DNA of 64,000 nucleotides from an uncultured Actinomycetota bacterium (GTDB lineage Bacteria; Actinomycetota; Actinomycetes; Mycobacteriales; Mycobacteriaceae): NCBI GenBank assembly GCA_963815705.1, contig CAWFHQ010000007.1, positions 170,687 to 234,686 of the forward strand, read 5' to 3'. Shown piece by piece: positions 58,293 to 64,000 of this stretch (position 1 is its first letter; each line of letters starts with the position of its first letter). The notes under the pieces were generated by a model. It saw only the letters and a program-made list of their open reading frames with translations, ran no database searches and was not told where the DNA came from. The position numbers and the translations under genes were made by a program.

Positions 58293-59219
58293 TCAGCGTG
58301 CGTCGAGTACCCCGCCCAACAGGCCGATCAGCGCTCGAGGCTGGTCGCTTTGCACGGAGTGCCCGGAGTTCTCGACAACGTGCGCCTGACGGAAATGCGT
58401 TGCGCGGCTTGCAAGTTCAGCGGCATCGTCGTCGGAGACAAACGGCGATGCGCCACCGCGCACCAGGGTGACGGGTGTGGTCAACGCGTCGACGTCGCTC
58501 CACAAATCGCCGAAGTCGGGCACGACGCGGATGGCGTCGTAGCGCCATGCCCAGTTGCCATTGTCGAGCCGGCGGGAGTTATGGAACACGCCGCGTCGCA
58601 GCGCCTTGACCTCGCGGTGCGGTGCCGCGGCGATGGTCAGGTCCAACATGGCCTGGAAGCTGGGGAACTCGCGCTCGCCGGAGACCAGTGCCACCGTGCC
58701 CTGTTGCTCGGTGGTCAGCTCGGCATACCGGTGTAACGCCGACGGGGTGACGTCGACGAGAACGAGTTCGTGCACCAGTTCCGGTGCTATCGCACCCACC
58801 CGGATCCCGGTCAACCCGCCCAGCGACATGCCCACGATCAGGTCGGCATCGGGGGCGAAGTCGCGGAGCATTGGTGCCACGGCGTCGGCGTTGTTCCGCG
58901 GCGAGTAATCGCCATCCTCGCGCCAGCCGGAATGACCGTGGCCGGGCAGGTCCACTGCCAGCGCCGGCACGCCGAGTCCGACGATGACGGTGTCCCAGGT
59001 GTGGGCGTTCTGTCCGCCGCCGTGCAGAAAGACGATTCGCGGGGCAGTGGCGCCCCATCGCAGCGCGCTGATTCTGCCGTTTGGCGTGTCGGCCTCGACC
59101 CGTTCTACGTCAGGCAGCGGACCCGTGACGCCGGCCTGCTCGGCGTTCTCGGACAGCAGCGAGAATTCGGACAGCCCGTCCAGTTCGTCTTCGGAGATCT
59201 CGGTCACGACCTTTGACAT
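58293..59219 (-). CDS. alpha/beta hydrolase (esterase, Rv0045c-like)
   Basis: 308 aa from ATG 59219, with a TAATG overlap onto the upstream gene's stop. It has the HGGGQNAHTW oxyanion region and the nucleophile elbow GMSLGG. Confidence 0.88.
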   Translation of the reverse strand: MSKVVTEISEDELDGLSEFSLLSENAEQAGVTGPLPDVERVEADTPNGRISALRWGATAPRIVFLHGGGQNAHTWDTVIVGLGVPALAVDLPGHGHSGWREDGDYSPRNNADAVAPMLRDFAPDADLIVGMSLGGLTGIRVGAIAPELVHELVLVDVTPSALHRYAELTTEQQGTVALVSGEREFPSFQAMLDLTIAAAPHREVKALRRGVFHNSRRLDNGNWAWRYDAIRVVPDFGDLWSDVDALTTPVTLVRGGASPFVSDDDAAELASRATHFRQAHVVENSGHSVQSDQPRALIGLLGGVLDAR

Positions 59220-60427
59220 TAGAGGACATAACGGCGGCGAATACCGTGGAATCGCTCCCACATCGCGGCGCTGCGCTCCGCGGCACTCACCATGGCGGTG
59301 TCCGGCGGAAGCATGCGCGCGATGTCGTCGTGTTTGACCACGCGGGTGTCCAGCGCGGTGGGTTCGCCGTCCAGCATGTGGCGGTAGGTCAGGTTGCCCC
59401 GCTCGAAGCCCTGGGTGTCCAGCCAGTTGTGGACATTCGGATCACGATGCGCCATGACCAGCCGGATGCGCCCATCGCGGTCGGCTTTGGTGCGGCTCGG
59501 CGTGTAGCTCACCGGGCGGTAGAGGTAATCCATGCTGTTGAAGAAGACGCCCATGTTGGTGAACATCCACAGCCCGTCATGAGCGTCGAATTCGACGATC
59601 AGCGCCTCGTCGGGTGCCAGCTCCCAATACATGTTTGCGGCCGCGCGGCCGCGCTTGCTGTCCGCTTCGGTCGTGCCGACTCGGGGAAACGTGTTGGGAT
59701 GCTCGGCGTCGACGCCGCCGTAGGTGAACGGAAACTCCGGCCAGTCAGACATCAGGCCGGTGACGAAATCGCCGGCCCATTCCATCGCCTCGGCCATGAT
59801 CTCGGGGGAGGGCAGCGGTTTCGGGTGGGTCATGTCGACCCGCTCGATCCGCATCTGGGCAGGGAGCTCGTCCCACCGGTCGAATCCCTGGCGGATGAAC
59901 AGCTTTCGCGATTGCTCGGTGGTGGGTAGCCAGTTGGGGCCACGCTCGGACCCGCCGATATAGATCTCGAATTCACCGTCCTCGCCGACGCTGAGTTGAG
60001 GGCCGAACAGGTTGGCCTCCGGTGTGTCGCCGAAGGGCTCGTGCAGCACGCCGTGCCCGCGGACTCGTGCGCCCTGCACGGTAACGTTGAAAAACCGTGC
60101 GGTGCCTAGGTTTCCGCACAGTCGGTACATCGACCGCCCGTCGATCCAGGCCTGCTGATAGGTGAAGTCGGCGCAGTCCCCGCCGAGCTTGCGGGTCGGG
60201 CCGGTGAAGGTGTGTAGCACCGGATAGTGGGTGTCGCGCGTCTCGAGCGACAGATCGAAAGCCTGGCCCAGGTTCTGCGTCAGGAAGCGGAACGCGTCGA
60301 CACGCTGCACCCTCGAGGTGGCGTTGGCGTCTTTGAACACCTGGTCGCCCGCTCGCTGCAGCTGTGCACAGAACTCGCTCCACGCTGTGCGCAGCGCTAC
60401 GTCGTCAGCACCGTCGCCGAAAGCCAT
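59219..60427 (-). CDS. DUF1214-domain protein
   Basis: 402 aa from ATG 60427 (MAFGDGADDVALRTAWSEFCAQLQ..). It has blocks I associate with DUF1214 (..GPNWLPT.., ..DGLWMFTNMGVFFNS..). The 97-aa Arg-rich extension in the ORF track was rejected. Confidence 0.75.
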   Translation of the reverse strand: MAFGDGADDVALRTAWSEFCAQLQRAGDQVFKDANATSRVQRVDAFRFLTQNLGQAFDLSLETRDTHYPVLHTFTGPTRKLGGDCADFTYQQAWIDGRSMYRLCGNLGTARFFNVTVQGARVRGHGVLHEPFGDTPEANLFGPQLSVGEDGEFEIYIGGSERGPNWLPTTEQSRKLFIRQGFDRWDELPAQMRIERVDMTHPKPLPSPEIMAEAMEWAGDFVTGLMSDWPEFPFTYGGVDAEHPNTFPRVGTTEADSKRGRAAANMYWELAPDEALIVEFDAHDGLWMFTNMGVFFNSMDYLYRPVSYTPSRTKADRDGRIRLVMAHRDPNVHNWLDTQGFERGNLTYRHMLDGEPTALDTRVVKHDDIARMLPPDTAMVSAAERSAAMWERFHGIRRRYVL

Positions 60428-60429
60428 TG

Positions 60430-61242
60430 TCACGCACCCAATCTGTCCAGCATTGCCCCGACGTACGCGCAGGCGCGCCGGGCGGATTCCAGACGCCCCT
60501 CGTGCTCGATTCGGGGTCCGATCAGTTCCAAGTCGAACCCATGTGAGTAGCCCGCGGCAAGGGTTTGAGCGACGAATTCTTCGATCGGAATCGCGCCGTC
60601 GCCGGGAACCGCCCGGCCGGGCAGCGCGCGATCGCCCAGTACATAGTCGCTGAGCTGGACGAGCTCGGTACGCGGCAGGGCGCGCTGCACCATCGCCTCG
60701 AAATCGCCTTCGGCCCAACAGTGAAACAGGTCGATGCAGATACCCAGCCCGCTCATCTCGGCCAGCGTGACAGTGTCGCGCAGCGTATGGGCGAGATGCA
60801 GATCGGCATAGAGGCTGGAGGCGTTTTCGACGGCCAGCGCCACACCGGCCTGCTTGGCATGCGTCACGCAGGGGGCGATCATCGCGGCGAACCGGTCGGC
60901 GGCCTGACCCCAGGTGAGGGTGTCCCGGCCGCCGGTGAGCAGGTACACCATGCGTGCCCCCGCGCCGGCCGCGGCGTCGATCACCGGCAGCAGTGCATCC
61001 CGCGCGGCCCGCGGGTCGCTGGTCAGCCGGCCGCCGGCGAACAGGTGATAGACCGCCTCCACGGTGTAGCTGGTGCGCTGCAACAGCTTTGGAAGCTCGG
61101 GGTCGAGCAGCTGGCTGTCCAGGATGCTCAACCGGGATACGCCCAGTGCTGCCCAGTGCTCTTGCAGCTCTGCCAACGCGGCACCGTAGAAGGTGACGTT
61201 GTGCACCGACAGACGCGGGTGGGCCGCCATCGTGTCAGCCAC
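60430..61242 (-). CDS. sugar phosphate isomerase/epimerase (xylose isomerase-like TIM barrel)
   Basis: 270 aa with the typical ..RMVYLLTGG.., ..LAVENAS.., ..GICIDLFHCW.. pattern. The start could instead be ATG 61230. Confidence 0.8.
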   Translation of the reverse strand: MADTMAAHPRLSVHNVTFYGAALAELQEHWAALGVSRLSILDSQLLDPELPKLLQRTSYTVEAVYHLFAGGRLTSDPRAARDALLPVIDAAAGAGARMVYLLTGGRDTLTWGQAADRFAAMIAPCVTHAKQAGVALAVENASSLYADLHLAHTLRDTVTLAEMSGLGICIDLFHCWAEGDFEAMVQRALPRTELVQLSDYVLGDRALPGRAVPGDGAIPIEEFVAQTLAAGYSHGFDLELIGPRIEHEGRLESARRACAYVGAMLDRLGA

Positions 61243-62404
61243 GGTTCTCGATCGCGACGCCGAATCGCTCGCGGAACGGCTTGAATTCCGCGTGCAGCGC
61301 GTCGAGGTCTTCGCCGATGTCGATCAAAAGCTGAGTGGAGTAGCGGAACTTGCCGTATCGGTCACCGCGATTGTTGGCCAGATAGCCGCGCATCGCGGAT
61401 TCGGCGTCGGGCGTGACCTCGCGGCCGCAGAACCGGTAGTAGCGCTGCACGGTCGCGACGGGATCGGCGATGAAGTCGGTGTAACGGATGTGCAGGATGC
61501 GCGGGTCGTCCACCATCGGATTGCTCATCGTGTTGGCGATGCTGGCGCGGGTCATCTCCAGGTGCTTCTTCGCTTCGGCGTGCAGGTCGACAGGGCCGAC
61601 GATGCCTTCGGCGATGTCAGCCATCATCATGGTGCGCGACGCCGCAACCTGCACCGGGTCGCGGTGCAGCCAGACCAGGGTGGCGTCGGGATAAGCCTCG
61701 AACATCTCCTTGAGCCGGAAGCCGTGAAAGCCCTTCAGCACCCAGTATTTTCGCGGCCGCCGGTATTGCAGTTGTTGCAGCATGGCCTTGTGCAGCCGGT
61801 ACTGGGCCGCGGGATCGGTGGCCAGACCGCCGACCAGTGACTGCATCGGCACCCGCCACCACGCCGTCGGTGTCATCACCCGGAAGTCGAACGCCCAGGT
61901 GCGTTCGTCCTCGGGTAGGCCGTTGCCCAGCATGTCGTTGTAGGGATGGCTGTGCAGCCATTTGGGCATCTTGCCGTTGATCTCGCGCCAGTCGGAGTCG
62001 GCCTGCTCGCGACGGGGGTCGTCGGGGCCGGCCAGCCCCGGCGGCGGCGACGGGTACATCACCTCCCAGAAGCGCAACGCCCGCGCGTGTGGATCGACGG
62101 ACATCAGCGCGTGCATCAGGGTTGTGCCGGAACGTGGTTCGCCAGTGACGAACATCGGCGCCTCGACAACTTCGTCGCCGATCGGGTACCGGTTGCGGTC
62201 CTCGATGAATTCCAGCCGCGATGTCAGTAACCATCGGCACATCCGCGCCGCTTCGCGGGTGCCGTCGGCGTCCATGCCGAGGCCGTTCAGATGGCCGGCG
62301 GCAACGGCGAAGCGCCCGGGCAACGTGGGGTCGCCGTAGTCGTGTAATCCGGTCTCCGCCTCCGCGGCGCCCAGCAGCTCGGCGGCGTCCAATCGGGCGC
62401 TCAC
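61235..62404 (-). CDS. sulfotransferase family protein
   Basis: It has the 5'-PSB loop GEPRSGTTLMHAL and a later ..RDPVQVAAS.. 3'-PB-like block. I chose GTG 62404, which makes a GTGA overlap with the upstream stop. The ORF track start at 62419 adds five codons, including a rare AGA. Confidence 0.8.
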   Translation of the reverse strand: MSARLDAAELLGAAEAETGLHDYGDPTLPGRFAVAAGHLNGLGMDADGTREAARMCRWLLTSRLEFIEDRNRYPIGDEVVEAPMFVTGEPRSGTTLMHALMSVDPHARALRFWEVMYPSPPPGLAGPDDPRREQADSDWREINGKMPKWLHSHPYNDMLGNGLPEDERTWAFDFRVMTPTAWWRVPMQSLVGGLATDPAAQYRLHKAMLQQLQYRRPRKYWVLKGFHGFRLKEMFEAYPDATLVWLHRDPVQVAASRTMMMADIAEGIVGPVDLHAEAKKHLEMTRASIANTMSNPMVDDPRILHIRYTDFIADPVATVQRYYRFCGREVTPDAESAMRGYLANNRGDRYGKFRYSTQLLIDIGEDLDALHAEFKPFRERFGVAIENRG

Positions 62405-63528
62405 GAATGGTCTCCGCACAGCCGCATCAGTTCATCCTCTGCCGCAAGGACATTGGCAGCCGACGACGCAGCGTACGTCAGGCCGGCCATGGCTCCGTAG
62501 TCCAGAATCTTGGGGACCCGCAATCCCGCGTCCACGTAAGTTTTGATGATCTTCGCGACCTCTCGGGGTGTCCCGTGTGGCACGACGGCAAGCAGCATCT
62601 CGGGCTGCACGTTGTCCAGGAACGCCAGGATCCGCTCACGGGTGAGCACCGCGGGGTCGATGTCTTGGAACCCACGCCAACTTTCGCCCATCGGGTGTTC
62701 AAACCCGAAGCCGCGCAGTATCTCTGCCGACACCTGCAGTAGAAATGCCTTGACCAGCGGAGCCTGCAGGATCTCTTCCAGGGCGTCGTCATTCGCGCCG
62801 ATCAGGCACACCTGCATGAAGCCCGGCGTGATCGCCATCGGATCGCGGCCGGCACGCTCGGCGGATGTCCTTACGGCCGAAAGCATCTCGGCATAGTGCT
62901 CCGGGGTCCAGGCCCCGGCGGGCCACCAGCCATCGGCGTGACGGCCGGCGATGTCGAGCATGCGCGGGCCGCTGGCGCCGATCCAGATCTGCGGCACGCG
63001 GCCCTGGTACGGCTCGGTGTCCATGCGCGCGTGATGCAGCGTGTAGAACTGCCCCTCGAAGTCCACCGGCCCGTCGCTGTCCCAGAGCAGCCGGATCACC
63101 GTCAGCGCTTCCTCGAAACGGCTGACCGGTCGCGAGAAGTCGAAGCCGTACGGCAGGGTGTTCTCACTCTCGCCGCTGCCCAGGCCGAGGATGAATCGGC
63201 CCTTGGCGAGATGGTCGATCGTCAGCGCCGTCTGGGCCAGCAGGGCGGGGTGGCGTCGCACCGTGTCGACCACCGCGCTGACCAACGGCACCCGTTTGGT
63301 CAGCACGGCGGCCGCGGCCGCTACCGACAGGCCGTCGAGATGGCGATGTGGTGACGGCGACGCGGTGGCGAGATCGGTGAATTCGGGCGTCCAGATCGAG
63401 TCCGGCCAGAAGCTGACCATGTGATCGGGCAGCCAGATCGAGTGGTAGCGCCCGCCGTCGAGCTCGGCGAGCCGGGACAGGTCGAGGGGCAGGGTGGTGC
63501 GCAGGAAAGCGGCGGGCTGAACTTTCAT
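62401..63528 (-). CDS. LLM-class flavin/F420-dependent oxidoreductase
   Basis: 375 aa from ATG 63528: MKVQPAAFLRTTLPLDLSRLAELDGGRYHSIWLPDHMVSFW..RFILGLGSGESENTLPYGFDF.. Confidence 0.85.
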   Translation of the reverse strand: MKVQPAAFLRTTLPLDLSRLAELDGGRYHSIWLPDHMVSFWPDSIWTPEFTDLATASPSPHRHLDGLSVAAAAAVLTKRVPLVSAVVDTVRRHPALLAQTALTIDHLAKGRFILGLGSGESENTLPYGFDFSRPVSRFEEALTVIRLLWDSDGPVDFEGQFYTLHHARMDTEPYQGRVPQIWIGASGPRMLDIAGRHADGWWPAGAWTPEHYAEMLSAVRTSAERAGRDPMAITPGFMQVCLIGANDDALEEILQAPLVKAFLLQVSAEILRGFGFEHPMGESWRGFQDIDPAVLTRERILAFLDNVQPEMLLAVVPHGTPREVAKIIKTYVDAGLRVPKILDYGAMAGLTYAASSAANVLAAEDELMRLCGDHS

Positions 63529-63678
63529 CCGTGACTGGGACCTGACTCGTCGATGAAGGGTGCTGCGCGTAATGCTAAGCGACTGCACAGCAGATCGTTC
63601 ACGGTATGGCAGGTGCACAGCGCTGTGCTGACGAATTGAGTGTGAGGCCACGCGTAACCGTCAGCGCCCACGAAACGA

Positions 63679-63717
63679 GTGTGGGGCGAGGCCGCGCAAT
63701 GCGACCCCGCCCCACAC
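63679..63717 (-). terminator. hairpin downstream of ino1 (10-bp stem GTGTGGGGCG/CGCCCCACAC)
   Basis: The inverted repeat was read directly. On the - strand it follows the ino1 stop by 15 nt and is followed by ..CGTTTCG... Confidence 0.45.
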
Positions 63718-63731
63718 CCGACAAAAGCGAA

Positions 63732-64000
63732 CTAGCCCTCGGCGATGAACTCCTCGAGCTGCGTGCGTGCGACGTCGTCGGGCAGCTGCTTCGGGGGGCT
63801 CTTCATCAGGTAGGCCGACGCCGGGATCACCGGTCCGCCGATACCGCGGTCCTTGGCGATTTTGGCCGCCCGCACCGCGTCGATGATGACGCCCGCCGAG
63901 TTCGGCGAGTCCCACACCTCGAGCTTGTACTCCAGGTTCAGCGGCACGTCACCGAAGGCGCGGCCTTCCAGCCGCACGTAGGCCCACTTGCGGTCGTCGA
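63732..64000 (-). CDS. ino1: inositol-3-phosphate synthase, C-terminal fragment (5' end lies outside the window)
   Basis: The frame is open to the window edge: ..[70 protein letters not shown]. Confidence 0.93.
   Translation of the reverse strand, partial: DDRKWAYVRLEGRAFGDVPLNLEYKLEVWDSPNSAGVIIDAVRAAKIAKDRGIGGPVIPASAYLMKSPPKQLPDDVARTQLEEFIAEG

Overview
This window is the replication-origin region of a GC-rich Mycobacterium chromosome. It runs from the 3' end of dnaA through oriC, dnaN-recF-dciA-gyrB-gyrA, tRNA-Ile/Ala, cwsA, ppiA, crgA, trpG, the pknB-pknA-pbpA-rodA-pstP-fhaB-fhaA operon, tRNA-Leu, whiB5, mtc28 and leuS to the 3' end of ino1. As I remember H37Rv, the backbone is colinear with M. 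tuberculosis Rv0001-Rv0046c, but several accessory blocks interrupt it. The most interesting part is a 13.7-kb run of twelve + strand genes (30418-44111) with a divergent whiB5-type gene upstream. It holds an XRE regulator, a signal-less NlpC/P60 hydrolase, two DUF4226-like paralogues, an EspC-like small helical protein, two YbaB-fold proteins and an Rv0029-like protein with a (Pro-Glu)n linker. These are followed directly by intact eccB, a three-ATPase eccC, an atypical PE and a PPE, with no eccD, mycP, eccE, espG or esxA/B. This looks like a non-canonical or relic type VII (ESX-like) locus, and it ties the uncharacterised Rv0024-Rv0030 module to secretion genes. Other points worth a second look are an orphan PPE ending in a SHOCT-like tail, in-frame microsatellite or low-complexity expansions, candidate operators and a promoter, two unannotated mini-ORFs, and a sulfotransferase-centred operon inserted next to ino1. 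No rRNA, CRISPR array, transposase or integrase was seen. Every homology statement comes from reading the translations by eye; no searches were run.
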